Shown here piece by piece: positions 1 through 9,347 of a DNA stretch of 64,000 nt (the first letter of the stretch is position 1; each line of letters begins with the position of its first letter). This stretch comes from Candidatus Latescibacterota bacterium. Its GTDB lineage: Bacteria; Latescibacterota; UBA2968; UBA8231. Both the position numbers and the translations under genes were made by a program. A model generated the notes under the pieces. It saw nothing but the letters and a program-made list of their open reading frames with translations, made no database searches and was not told where the DNA came from. The stretch lies in the NCBI GenBank assembly GCA_965242865.1, contig CBDETK010000013.1:4896001-4960000 (forward strand). Reading direction: 5' to 3'.

Positions 1-1004
1 ACCTGCTCTTCCGACAGGACGGGGGCGTCCTCGTAGAGATAGCAGGCCGCGGCGCGGCCGGTATCGGTTTGCACCAGTGGCGGGGGCTGTCGGCGACAGC
101 GGGGCATGACATGCGGGCAGCGCTCGGCAAAGGCACAGCCGCCGGTGGTGCTTGGAATCGCTGCGCCCTCGCCCCGCGCGGCATCAACGGCTCCTCGTCC
201 CCAGCGGCGGTTTGCGTCCGGCAAAGGGATGGAGCGGACGAGCAACTGCGTATAGGGGTGTTTCGGGGCCTTGATGACCTGCTCCACAGCGCCGACCTCA
301 ACCACGGCCCCTTGGTACATGACGAGAATGGTGTGGCTCAACTGATACGCCGTGGTCAGATCGTGGCTGATGTAGATGAGACTGATGCCGCGCTCTCGAT
401 GGATGCGGGACAAGGTCTCCAAGATGGTAGCGCGCAACGAGGCATCCACCATGGACACCGGCTCGTCGGCCACGATCACGCGCGGGTCGAGCAGCAGCGC
501 CCGCGCCACCATGATGCGCTGGCACTGACCGCCGCTCAGTTGGTGGGGATAGCGTCCCAGCGTCTCGTCCGGGCGCAGGCCGACCGCTTGCAGGCCCTCC
601 TCAATCCGCTGCCGCCGCTCCGGGCGCGACAACGCCGGGAAGAACTTGGCGATCGGCACCGTTAGGGTGTGGTTCACCCGGTAGAAGGGGTTGAACACCT
701 CAAAGGGATCCTGAAACACGGCCTGCACCTGCCGGCGGAAGGCCCGGCGTCCCTGAGCGCTGAGGGCGCGCAACTCCGCGCCCCGGTAGCGGACCGACCC
801 GCCGGTGGGCGGCAGGATGCCCAGCAGCAGGCGCGCCAAGGTGGTCTTGCCGCTGCCGCTCTCGCCGGCAATGGCCACCACCACGGGATCGTCCGCCGGG
901 ATCACCAGCGAGGCGTCGGCGACGGCCGCGACTCGGCCGCGGTCGAACAGGCCGCGGCCAAAGGTCCGGCGGACGCCCCGCGCTTCGAGCAGTGGGACGC
1001 TCAC
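1..1004 (-). CDS. Oligopeptide/dipeptide ABC transporter ATP-binding subunit (OppF/DppF-like); 3' end runs off the window
   Basis: Manual translation from GTG at 1004 (overlaps upstream TGA): Walker A GESGSGKTT, YPHQLSGGQCQR signature, IVADEP Walker B, HPYT and C-terminal GCAFAERCP...C. No stop codon in the window, so it is absent from the ORF track. Confidence 0.9.
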   Translation of the reverse strand, partial: MSVPLLEARGVRRTFGRGLFDRGRVAAVADASLVIPADDPVVVAIAGESGSGKTTLARLLLGILPPTGGSVRYRGAELRALSAQGRRAFRRQVQAVFQDPFEVFNPFYRVNHTLTVPIAKFFPALSRPERRQRIEEGLQAVGLRPDETLGRYPHQLSGGQCQRIMVARALLLDPRVIVADEPVSMVDASLRATILETLSRIHRERGISLIYISHDLTTAYQLSHTILVMYQGAVVEVGAVEQVIKAPKHPYTQLLVRSIPLPDANRRWGRGAVDAARGEGAAIPSTTGGCAFAERCPHVMPRCRRQPPPLVQTDTGRAAACYLYEDAPVLSEEQ

Positions 1005-1966
1005 GAGCCCTCGCTGTGCAGGAGACAGGCCACGCGGTGCTCGGCCGCTGCCGCTTTTAGTGCCGGTACGCGGGCCGAGCACCGCTTCATCGCCTGCGGA
1101 CAGCGCGGGTGAAAGGAGCAACCCGGCGGCGGTTTGAGCAGCGAGGGGGGCAGTCCGGGGATGCCGCGGAATACGCCCTTGCGCTCCAAAGACGGCAGGC
1201 TTTCTACCAGCATGCGCGTGTACGGATGCAGCGGCTCGTCGAGCAGGCCCTGCACCGGCCCCAGCTCGGCCAACCGGCCGGCGTACATCACGCCGATGCG
1301 GTCCGCGCACTGAGCCATTAGGCCCATGTCGTGGCCGACCAAAATCACGGCCGCGTCGAGTTCCTGCTGCAGGCGGAACAAGGTGTCCATCACCCGCTTT
1401 TGCACGACCACGTCCAAGGCACTCGTCGGCTCGTCGGCAATAATCACTTGGGGGCGCAAGGCCACGGCCATGGCCAGGCCGACGCGCTGCTTCATGCCGC
1501 CGCTGAGTTCGTGGGGGTACAGGCGCGCGGTCGCCGGGTCTAGCTCGACTTGGGCCAGCAGGCTCTTCACCCGCTCCGGCAGGGCTTCGCGGTCCGGTCG
1601 TTCCTCGTGCGCCTCAATCGTGTCGGCGATCTGCGCCCCCACCCGCAGCACGGGATTGAGCGCGTTCATCACGCCTTGGGGGATCAGGGAAATGCGCGAA
1701 AAGCGCACGCTCCGCAGCTCCTCCGCGGACAGCGCGAGCAGGTCCAGTTCGCCGAGCTGGACCCGGCCCGCTTCGATCCGCCCGGGAGGCCGAATCAGCC
1801 GCAGCAGGGCCATGGCGGTCGTGGATTTGCCCGAACCCGATTCGCCCACCAAGCCCAGCCGCTCGCCCGCCCGCAACTCAAATTCGACGCCCTCCACAGC
1901 GCGCACCGGCCCCCGCGGCGTGTGGTAGTGGACCTGTAGGTCCTGCACCCGCAGCACGACGCTCAC
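1001..1966 (-). CDS. Oligopeptide/dipeptide ABC transporter ATP-binding subunit (OppD/DppD-like)
   Basis: GESGSGKST, YPHELSGGMKQR, IIADEPTSALD, GCSFHPRCP. Probable GTG start at 1966 coupled to the permease stop. Confidence 0.92.
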   Translation of the reverse strand: MSVVLRVQDLQVHYHTPRGPVRAVEGVEFELRAGERLGLVGESGSGKSTTAMALLRLIRPPGRIEAGRVQLGELDLLALSAEELRSVRFSRISLIPQGVMNALNPVLRVGAQIADTIEAHEERPDREALPERVKSLLAQVELDPATARLYPHELSGGMKQRVGLAMAVALRPQVIIADEPTSALDVVVQKRVMDTLFRLQQELDAAVILVGHDMGLMAQCADRIGVMYAGRLAELGPVQGLLDEPLHPYTRMLVESLPSLERKGVFRGIPGLPPSLLKPPPGCSFHPRCPQAMKRCSARVPALKAAAAEHRVACLLHSEGS

Positions 1967-2820
1967 GACGAGACCCGCCCTAGACGCGGGTTGGCGATGC
2001 GATCCAATCCCATGGAGACGAGGAACAAGCCGAGAAAAATCAGCACGATCATCGCGATCGGCGGCGCCCACCACCACCACATTCCCCGCAGCAGCGAGGT
2101 GTAGTACAAAGCCCAGTAGATGGTCATTCCGAGCGTCGGCTCGTTTTGGGGGCCTAGGCCCAGCGCTTCTAGCCCAATGGAGGCCAGCACGGCCGCGGCG
2201 ACCGCACTGACGAAGCTGGCCGCTAGATAGGGCAGCAGGTTCGGCAGCAGCTCGCGGGCGATGATTTCGAGGTCCCGCATGCCGGACAGCCGCGCCACCT
2301 GCACGTACGCGCGCTCGCGCATCGACAGCACCTGCGAGCGAATGGTGCGCGTCGGCAGCATCCACGCCAGCGAGGCCACCACCAAGGCCATCATATCGAC
2401 GGTGACGGCCGTGCGCAGCGAAGTGGCCAGCACCACGAGAAACAGCAGGCCGGGCACGGTCAGCAGCACGTCGGCCGCGCCCCGGATTAGGGTATCGACG
2501 AAGCCGCCAAAGTACCCGGCGAGGAAGCCGAGGACGATGCCGATGCCAAGCCCCACAGCCCCGGCGAGAAAGCCGACTCGGAGCGTGAGCGGCGTACCAG
2601 CCACCATCACCGCGAGCAGGTCCCGGCCGGCCGCGTCCGTGCCGAGCAGGTACTCCAGCGATGGCGACAGATTGGGCACGGCCGAGCCAACGCGCGCTAG
2701 ATCCGTATCGACGAATACGGCCCCCAGCGGGCCGAAGGCCAGCACGGCGAAAACCACGATTGAGCCGGCCGCAAGCTGGGGATGGCGGCGCGCGGCCGCC
2801 GCAATCGGCGAGAGGGTCAT
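1963..2820 (-). CDS. Peptide ABC transporter permease (OppC/DppC-like)
   Basis: LLGTDAAGRD motif, EAA-like loop YVQVARLSG, multiple TM helices. ATG 2820 has GGAG upstream (alternative start 2850). Confidence 0.9.
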   Translation of the reverse strand: MTLSPIAAAARRHPQLAAGSIVVFAVLAFGPLGAVFVDTDLARVGSAVPNLSPSLEYLLGTDAAGRDLLAVMVAGTPLTLRVGFLAGAVGLGIGIVLGFLAGYFGGFVDTLIRGAADVLLTVPGLLFLVVLATSLRTAVTVDMMALVVASLAWMLPTRTIRSQVLSMRERAYVQVARLSGMRDLEIIARELLPNLLPYLAASFVSAVAAAVLASIGLEALGLGPQNEPTLGMTIYWALYYTSLLRGMWWWWAPPIAMIVLIFLGLFLVSMGLDRIANPRLGRVSS

Positions 2821-2913
2821 CCCGGGCACTCCACTTTTTTGACTCCGCATTAAACCGGACAGAAAGCTACCGAGTGTAAATATAATGACAAATTACTGCC
2901 GGTATCCGCAACG

Positions 2914-3915
2914 TCATCGGCGGTAGGCAATGCGCGGGTCGAGGAGCGGGTAGATCAAGTCGAGAATCAGGGTCGCCACGGCAATGGCGAGGATGACCAT
3001 GAGCACGACTCCATAGATGACGAAGTAGTCAAAGGTCTGCACGGCGCGGTACAGGACCGTGCCCACCCCCGGATACGCGAACACCACCTCCACCAGCACG
3101 GCCCCAGACACGACGTAGCCCATGGCCAGCGCCAAGGCCGTGGTCTGCGGCAACAGCGCGTTGCGCAGCGCGTAGCGGAAGAAGATGTCGCGGCTCTTCA
3201 GGCCCCGCGCCTCGGCGTAGTTGACGTAATCCTCGCCTTGGACGGTGATCATCATGCCGCGCATGGACAACGCCCAAAACCCCACCGACGACAGCGCGAT
3301 GGACAGGCCGGGGACGATGGAGTGATAGAGCACATCCAAGGCAAAGGCCCAAGTCAGCCCGGGCAGGGTTCCCAAGGTGAAGCCGCCGCCGAGGGGAAAG
3401 GCCCGCAGGGTGAAGCCGAGGAGAAAGACCAGTACTAGGCCGAGCAGGTAGTAGGGGATGGCCGACAGGGCGAGGAAGGGCGCGGCCAAGTAGTGCAGGG
3501 CACTCGGGGATCGCGGCCAAGCCAGCAACGCGCCGAGCACCGTGCCAAGGGCAAAGGCAATCAGCGTGGCGGTCGTCAGCAGCCCGATCGTCCACGGCAG
3601 GGCGCGCAGGATGATATCGGAAGTGCGGCTGGGAAAGTTGGCAATGGACACCCCAAAGTCGAGGCGGGCCACATCCCCGAGGTAGCGGAAATACTGCTTC
3701 CACAGGGGTTGGTCGAGCCCGAAGCGGGCCTCGTACGTGGCCACCACCGCCTCCATGTCGGTCTTGCCCGCGCCGCCAAAGGAGACCGCTTGCAACAGAC
3801 GCTCGCGGATGGGGTTCACCGGGGCCAGCCGGGGCAGCAGGAAGTTGATGGTGGCCCCCGCCCACACGACTAGGAGGAATACTCCGAGGCGGCGGAAGAC
3901 GTAGTTGAGCGACAA
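2914..3915 (-). CDS. Peptide ABC transporter permease (OppB/DppB-like)
   Basis: FGLDQPLWKQY, DFGVS, EDYVNYAEARGL, VEVVFAYPGVG, DLIYPLLDPRI. Confidence 0.92.
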   Translation of the reverse strand: MSLNYVFRRLGVFLLVVWAGATINFLLPRLAPVNPIRERLLQAVSFGGAGKTDMEAVVATYEARFGLDQPLWKQYFRYLGDVARLDFGVSIANFPSRTSDIILRALPWTIGLLTTATLIAFALGTVLGALLAWPRSPSALHYLAAPFLALSAIPYYLLGLVLVFLLGFTLRAFPLGGGFTLGTLPGLTWAFALDVLYHSIVPGLSIALSSVGFWALSMRGMMITVQGEDYVNYAEARGLKSRDIFFRYALRNALLPQTTALALAMGYVVSGAVLVEVVFAYPGVGTVLYRAVQTFDYFVIYGVVLMVILAIAVATLILDLIYPLLDPRIAYRR

Positions 3916-3916
3916 G

Positions 3917-5059
3917 TCAGCGCGACTCCGCGGCCAAGAAACCGAGGTCCTCGCGCGCCGCGTTGCGGGCCACCTCCTCGTCGAGTGCGACCCCGAGGCC
4001 GGGCGTCTGCGGCAAGGCGATTTGCCCGTTGGCGATCAGATCGCGTTCCACCGTGAGGCTGTTCCACAGCGCGTTGTCGAGGTGGTGGAACTCCAGCACT
4101 TGAAAATTGGGGGAAGCAGCGCAGGCGTGGCACATAGCCACAGTGCCGATTGGGCTACAGATATTGTGCGGTGAAATCGGGATGTAGTAGGTGTCGGCCA
4201 AATCGGCGATGCGCCGGCCCTCGGACAGGCCGCCGGCCTTGGCCAGATCGGGCGAGATGATGTCTGCGGCCTGCGTCTCGACCAACTCGCGGAACCCGTG
4301 GCGCGTGTACAGGTTTTCGCCGGTGCAAATCGGCGTGCGCGTGGCCGCCTTCACCTCCTTGAGCGCGGCGACGTTTTCGGCCGGAATTGGATCTTCCAGC
4401 CACATCAAATTCAGGGCTTCAAAGGCGTAGGCAACCTTGAGAATGTCGTGCGGCGCGTAGGCCCAGTGGGCGTCGATGAGCAAGTCCGTGTTGGGATGCA
4501 ATGCCTCGCGGATGGCCGTGACCACTTCGATGTGGAAGGCGATGTCGCGGTTGCTCATGGTTCGGTTGTAGCGGTCGCGCCGGTCGGGACGCGGGTCAAT
4601 GTCGAACTTGATGGCGTCAAAGCCGCGGGCTTCCACCTGCTTGGCCTTGGCGACCCACGATTCGGCCTCGTCGGCCTCGTCGCCGGCGTGACAGTCGTTG
4701 TACACGCGAATCGAGTCGCGGTACGCGCCGCCCAGTAGCTGCCAGATCGGCACGCCAATCGCCTGCCCGGCAATGTCCCACAACGCCATCTCAATGCCGC
4801 TGATCGCGCTCATCACCGCGCCTTGGTAGTACCCGGACGCGGACATCGCGCTTTTCATGTCGCGGAAGAGCTTATCCACGTTGCGCGGGTCTTGGCCGAT
4901 GAGGGCGCGTTGGGTCAGGCGTTCATCCACGGCGATGTGGTGGACGCCGGCTCCGTGATAGGCTTCGCCCAAGCCGGTGATTCCCGCGTCCGTGTACACC
5001 TTCACCAACACCCAAGGCATAGGTTGCAGGAGCACGGCCCCCACACCAACAATTTTCAT
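3917..5059 (-). CDS. Mandelate racemase/muconate lactonizing enzyme family (acid-sugar dehydratase-like)
   Basis: TDAGITGLGE, SAISGIEMALWDI, KFD, LLIDAH, WLEDP, CTGEN, ISPHN; GAGGAG RBS upstream. Confidence 0.92.
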   Translation of the reverse strand: MKIVGVGAVLLQPMPWVLVKVYTDAGITGLGEAYHGAGVHHIAVDERLTQRALIGQDPRNVDKLFRDMKSAMSASGYYQGAVMSAISGIEMALWDIAGQAIGVPIWQLLGGAYRDSIRVYNDCHAGDEADEAESWVAKAKQVEARGFDAIKFDIDPRPDRRDRYNRTMSNRDIAFHIEVVTAIREALHPNTDLLIDAHWAYAPHDILKVAYAFEALNLMWLEDPIPAENVAALKEVKAATRTPICTGENLYTRHGFRELVETQAADIISPDLAKAGGLSEGRRIADLADTYYIPISPHNICSPIGTVAMCHACAASPNFQVLEFHHLDNALWNSLTVERDLIANGQIALPQTPGLGVALDEEVARNAAREDLGFLAAESR

Positions 5060-5205
5060 GTCCTATTCTCCTCGTCTGTCGGGATCAAACTGCTTCGCAG
5101 CCATTGAATGAGGCCGGCCGGCTTGTTACTTTGGACGCGGTGGCTAAAACGCCGCCAAAATATCGCCTCCCCCACCTTCCGTCAAGCGCGCTTAGGAGAA
5201 CCAAC

Positions 5206-6039
5206 ATGCTCGGACTCAACCAACAGCAACTCAACTTTTTCGACACCTTCGGCTACCTCGCGCTGCCGGGGTTGATGGCCGACTGCATCGAGGAGATCAC
5301 CGACGCGTTTGAGCAGGTGTGGGCCGAGCGCGGCGGGGGCCACGACGGGCAACCGCACGACAGCCAACGGCGTTCCTGCATCGTGCCCTTCATCGATCAA
5401 CACGAGCGGCTGTGTGCGCTGCTCGACGATCCGCGCATTGAGGGGTTGCTGGCCAGCCTGCTCGGCGACGACTTCAACTACAGCAGCTCGGACGGCAACT
5501 ACTACGCCGGCGACACCCAGTGGCATTCCGATGGCTACCAAAAGGAGGTGCGCCACGTCAAAATAGCCTTCTACCTCGACGACCTAACGCGCGACACCGG
5601 CTGCCTGCGCGTGATCCCGGGCAGCCATCGGCGCGGCGATCAGTACGCCGAGGCGCTCGAAGCGCAGGCGCGCCAATCGCAAGCGCAGTGGGGCCTGGCT
5701 GGCGACCAAGTGCCGGCGGTCGCGCTCGAAATCGTCCGCGGCGACGTCGTCGTCTTTCAGCACAACCTCAAACACGCTGCCTTCGGGGGCGGCGGTCGTC
5801 GCCGCATGTTCACCATCAACTGCATGGTGCGCGTCCCCGACGATCAGATCGACCTCGTCAAACAGGACCTCGCCGGGCTGGCCCGCTTCTGGGCCGAGCG
5901 CGCTTACGGCGAAACCATGATCGCCACGGCCAGCAAACGCCGCATGGTGCATCTCGAACAGCGAATGGCCCACGACGGGCACCTCAAAAAACTAGCGGCG
6001 CAGGCGCGGTCGGAGATGGCCGAGCCGGCGCGGGGATAG
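5206..6039 (+). CDS. Phytanoyl-CoA dioxygenase (PhyH) family Fe(II)/2OG oxygenase
   Basis: FFDTFGYL, WHSD (HxD), GCLRVIPGSH, GDVVVF...H; AGGAGA RBS before ATG 5206. Confidence 0.88.
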   Translation: MLGLNQQQLNFFDTFGYLALPGLMADCIEEITDAFEQVWAERGGGHDGQPHDSQRRSCIVPFIDQHERLCALLDDPRIEGLLASLLGDDFNYSSSDGNYYAGDTQWHSDGYQKEVRHVKIAFYLDDLTRDTGCLRVIPGSHRRGDQYAEALEAQARQSQAQWGLAGDQVPAVALEIVRGDVVVFQHNLKHAAFGGGGRRRMFTINCMVRVPDDQIDLVKQDLAGLARFWAERAYGETMIATASKRRMVHLEQRMAHDGHLKKLAAQARSEMAEPARG

Positions 6040-6053
6040 GGGGATAGGCCATT

Positions 6054-6980
6054 ATGAGCGACCACTACGAATTCAAAATGGGGATTTACCTCGGCGAGCT
6101 GCAGCAGCCCTTTGAGCAATCGCTGGCAACGGCCCGCGCCCTCGGGGCGCGCTACGTCTGGTGCGGCACTCACTCGGCCAATCGCAACCTGTACGAGCTT
6201 TCCGACGCCGAGATAGACCGAGCCGCCGCGCAGGTGGCCGCGCACGGTCTCGAGTTTTTCCTGCTCGACGGGGCCGGGTTGTTCAAGACCGTCCACCTCG
6301 CCGAGCTCGAGCCGGGCAACATGCTCAAACACGCCCAGTTCAAGGAGCACTTCGACAAGCTAGACCGGTCCATGGAGGTTTCGGCTCGCTTGGGCATCGG
6401 CGCGGTCGGCTGTAGCAGCTTTGCTTGGCCGGCCGAGTACACCGGCGGCAAGCCCACTTGGCCGATGCGCTGGGCGACCCGGGGCGGCATCATCTCCGAC
6501 GGCGATATGGAAAAGCTCATCGAGGCGTTCTCCATGTTCGCCGACCTCGCCGAGCAACGCGACGTAGATATCGCCTTCCTGATGATGCAGTGGAACTACG
6601 GCAACACCAGCCGCAACTTCCGCCGCATCGTCGAGGCGGTCGGCTCGCGGCGGTTCAAGGTGCTGTGGTGCCCGGCGGACAACTACAACTGCGGCGAAAT
6701 CGACAATGCCACCGCCGGCTTTGAAAACCTGCGCCCCTACCTACACGGCGTCCACGCCAAAGACCTGCGCACCCTAAACGGCGCCAAGCTCGAATTCGAG
6801 TACGCGCCCATCGGCGAGGGCGACGTGGATTACCCGACGATCTTGCGCAACCTGCGCGACAACCGCTGCGACGTCGTCCTGTCGATTGCCACCCATTTCC
6901 TGCCGGAAAGCGGCTCGCGCCTCGAAGCGATGCAGACCAACTACGCCAACATCGGCCGGCTAATCCGGGAGTTGTCCTAG
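6054..6980 (+). CDS. Sugar phosphate isomerase/epimerase family (xylose isomerase-like TIM barrel)
   Basis: HGVHAKD and PIGEGDVDYPTILRNL motifs typical of AP_endonuc_2-type proteins. Confidence 0.8.
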   Translation: MSDHYEFKMGIYLGELQQPFEQSLATARALGARYVWCGTHSANRNLYELSDAEIDRAAAQVAAHGLEFFLLDGAGLFKTVHLAELEPGNMLKHAQFKEHFDKLDRSMEVSARLGIGAVGCSSFAWPAEYTGGKPTWPMRWATRGGIISDGDMEKLIEAFSMFADLAEQRDVDIAFLMMQWNYGNTSRNFRRIVEAVGSRRFKVLWCPADNYNCGEIDNATAGFENLRPYLHGVHAKDLRTLNGAKLEFEYAPIGEGDVDYPTILRNLRDNRCDVVLSIATHFLPESGSRLEAMQTNYANIGRLIRELS

Positions 6981-7076
6981 CCGCCTCGGCATCGAATCCG
7001 ATCTGGGCGCGATGCTCGTAAGAAGAGTTGGCCGATCTTACGTGCTCTTGAGGGATGACCTTAGGCTAGGGCTATT

Positions 7077-8360
7077 TTACTCCCGCACGAACTTAGGCCG
7101 GCCACAGCCATCGTTGACCACGTAACTGCGCGCTGGAATCGCCGCGTGGTCGGGAATGACTAAGTCCAGCGGCGAGGCGTTCTCAATGACCGTGCCGGCC
7201 CCCACCCGCACCCCGGCCCCCAATTTAATCGCGCCCGGTCGCACATCCCCCACCCTGAGCGTACCAATAGAGACCGACACGCCGATCCGGCAATCCGGGC
7301 CGATCGCGACGATGCCGTTGATTTCGGTGTTGGCCCCAATCGCCGTGCGGTCGCCCACCTGCACGGGGCCGAAAATCCCGGCATCCGTCCCGATAAACAC
7401 GTAGTCGCCGATGGTGGGATGGCGCTGCTGCACCTTGCCGCTGAGGCCGCCCAAAGTACACGGATAAAGGTGGCATCCGCTGCCAAGGATTCCCGTCTGT
7501 CCGGTGGTTATGCCGCGATGGGGATGGTCGAGGAAGTTGGCGTCGCCAATTTGCGTTTCGGGGTGGATGTCGGCTTGGTAGTAGCGCCCCCCCAACTCGG
7601 CAATGGCCCGCGGCAGCAGGGGCACCGGCCGCCGCGTCAGCCCGGCTTCGCCCTGCACCGGGCCGGAGCGCGTTAGGGCATGGGCAATATCGTGGTAGAA
7701 CAGCACCCGCCAGCCCGGATACGTACTCATCACGAGTTGCATCTGGTAGTCGAAAATAAAATCGCACTCCAGCGCGTCGAGAAAGCGGCGATAGTGGTCG
7801 AAGTCGCGGCGGCGCATGGTCTCGTCCAAGGCGGCCCGGAAGTCGATCTCTAGCAGCTGCTCTTGATTCAACCCGCAATTGTCGAGCAAATAGGCGTCCC
7901 ACACGGCCGGATCCCTAAGCGCGGCAAAGCGGTTCCAGCGGGCGCGGGTCTTGTAAGCGGGCAATTCCCACAGCAAGCAGCAGGTGTTCATCAGGGCCTT
8001 CTCCTCGGCCCCTTCGCTCGCACCGACCGCCAAAAGCGACTGGGCGATCATCGCGTAGAGCTGGTCGGCAATCTCGCCGATGGCCTCGTCGAGCGACGGC
8101 TTTTGCGGCCTCGGCCCCAAGGCGTTGTGCGACCCTGGAGCGACGCATTCGAGCAAGTTGCCCAACACCGTTTCGAGCAGGTCGCGGTTGACAAACCCGC
8201 GCCCGGAACGCTGGGAGAGAATGTCCCGATCGACCGCGTCAATGCGCAGCGCGGCGATCTCCTCCGAAGTGTAAATCGGCACCAACCGCTCCAGCAGCCG
8301 CTCCAGCAAGGCCCACTTGCGGCGTTGATACGAACTGTCGAAAAGCGTGGAATTGTTCAT
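7077..8360 (-). CDS. Serine O-acetyltransferase-like hexapeptide-repeat acyltransferase with long N-terminal extension
   Basis: DIHPETQIG...LDH...TLGG...RHPTIGDYVFIG...GPVQVGD..AIGAN matches the CysE left-handed beta-helix. GGGAG RBS before ATG 8360. Confidence 0.75.
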   Translation of the reverse strand: MNNSTLFDSSYQRRKWALLERLLERLVPIYTSEEIAALRIDAVDRDILSQRSGRGFVNRDLLETVLGNLLECVAPGSHNALGPRPQKPSLDEAIGEIADQLYAMIAQSLLAVGASEGAEEKALMNTCCLLWELPAYKTRARWNRFAALRDPAVWDAYLLDNCGLNQEQLLEIDFRAALDETMRRRDFDHYRRFLDALECDFIFDYQMQLVMSTYPGWRVLFYHDIAHALTRSGPVQGEAGLTRRPVPLLPRAIAELGGRYYQADIHPETQIGDANFLDHPHRGITTGQTGILGSGCHLYPCTLGGLSGKVQQRHPTIGDYVFIGTDAGIFGPVQVGDRTAIGANTEINGIVAIGPDCRIGVSVSIGTLRVGDVRPGAIKLGAGVRVGAGTVIENASPLDLVIPDHAAIPARSYVVNDGCGRPKFVRE

Positions 8361-8450
8361 GGTTTGCTCCCCATTCTTCCGCCTCATAACTTTAACGAAA
8401 CTTACGGAACGCCCGTCGGGTTGCAACCCGGCTCACCACAGGGAGAAACC

Positions 8451-9236
8451 ATGCACCCGCTCGAATCGCTAGTAGTACCCGAAGGCTCCGTCGGCATCCA
8501 CTGGTTTGGCCAGAGCACCTTTGCCCTCAAGGACGCGCAAGGGACCATCGTCCAAGTCGATCCCTACTACCCCCGCGAGCGGCCCGCCGACCGCTTCATC
8601 CACGCCCGGCCCCCGCTCCACGAGGCCGCCCTGCACACGGATTTCGTGCTCCTGACCCACGACCACAGCGACCACACGTGTCCAGAGTCCATTGCCCGCA
8701 TTGCCGCGGCCTATCCCGCCGTGCAGATCGTCGGCCCGGCCGAGAGCATCCAGCGCGTGCGCAGCGCGGGCATTCCGGTCGCGGCAACCGCGGTGGCCGC
8801 TGGGGACGCCGCCCCGCTGGGCACCATGACGGCCCACGCCGTGTATGCCAAGCCCCCCGAGGGCCTGCCCGGCGACGGCATCGCCCCGCCCGATGTGACC
8901 CACCTCGGCTACGTGCTAGCGGCCGGTGGGGTGCGCGTGTACATCTCCGGCGATCCGGTCAACACGTTTGCCGAGCACCAAGCCCTACTCGCGCCCATCC
9001 GCGCCCTCGCGCCCGACATCGGGCTGCTGACCAATCACCCCAGCGAAGGGGAATTTCCCTTTTTTGCCGGCTCGGCCAAAATGGCCACGGCGCTCGGCCT
9101 CAAGGCCGCGGTGCCGGCCCATTACGCCTGCTTTGTCGCTCGCAACTACGATCCGCAAGAGTGGGCGGCCGCGTTCGCCGGGGTCGAGCCGCTGATCATC
9201 CCGTACAACCAATCCGCAGTCTATGCGCCCGGCTAG
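8451..9236 (+). CDS. MBL-fold metallo-hydrolase (UlaG-like)
   Basis: HWFGQS, VDPY, THDHSDH, YISGD, VPAHY; GGGAGA RBS. Confidence 0.88.
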   Translation: MHPLESLVVPEGSVGIHWFGQSTFALKDAQGTIVQVDPYYPRERPADRFIHARPPLHEAALHTDFVLLTHDHSDHTCPESIARIAAAYPAVQIVGPAESIQRVRSAGIPVAATAVAAGDAAPLGTMTAHAVYAKPPEGLPGDGIAPPDVTHLGYVLAAGGVRVYISGDPVNTFAEHQALLAPIRALAPDIGLLTNHPSEGEFPFFAGSAKMATALGLKAAVPAHYACFVARNYDPQEWAAAFAGVEPLIIPYNQSAVYAPG

Positions 9237-9256
9237 CGCACCGGGGGCCGGGCGTG

Positions 9257-9289
9257 TTGATTTTCTCGCCTTCATTATTTATACATACT
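9257..9289 (+). promoter_or_regulatory. Putative sigma70-type promoter for cassette copy 1
   Basis: TTGATT-N17-TATACA (overlapping CATACT) in the AT-rich spacer upstream of 9348. Confidence 0.3.
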
Positions 9290-9347
9290 ACGCAGTTAGC
9301 GCGTCGTAGGTTTTAAGCACTCACTTCAAACGCAAGGAGTTAGGATT

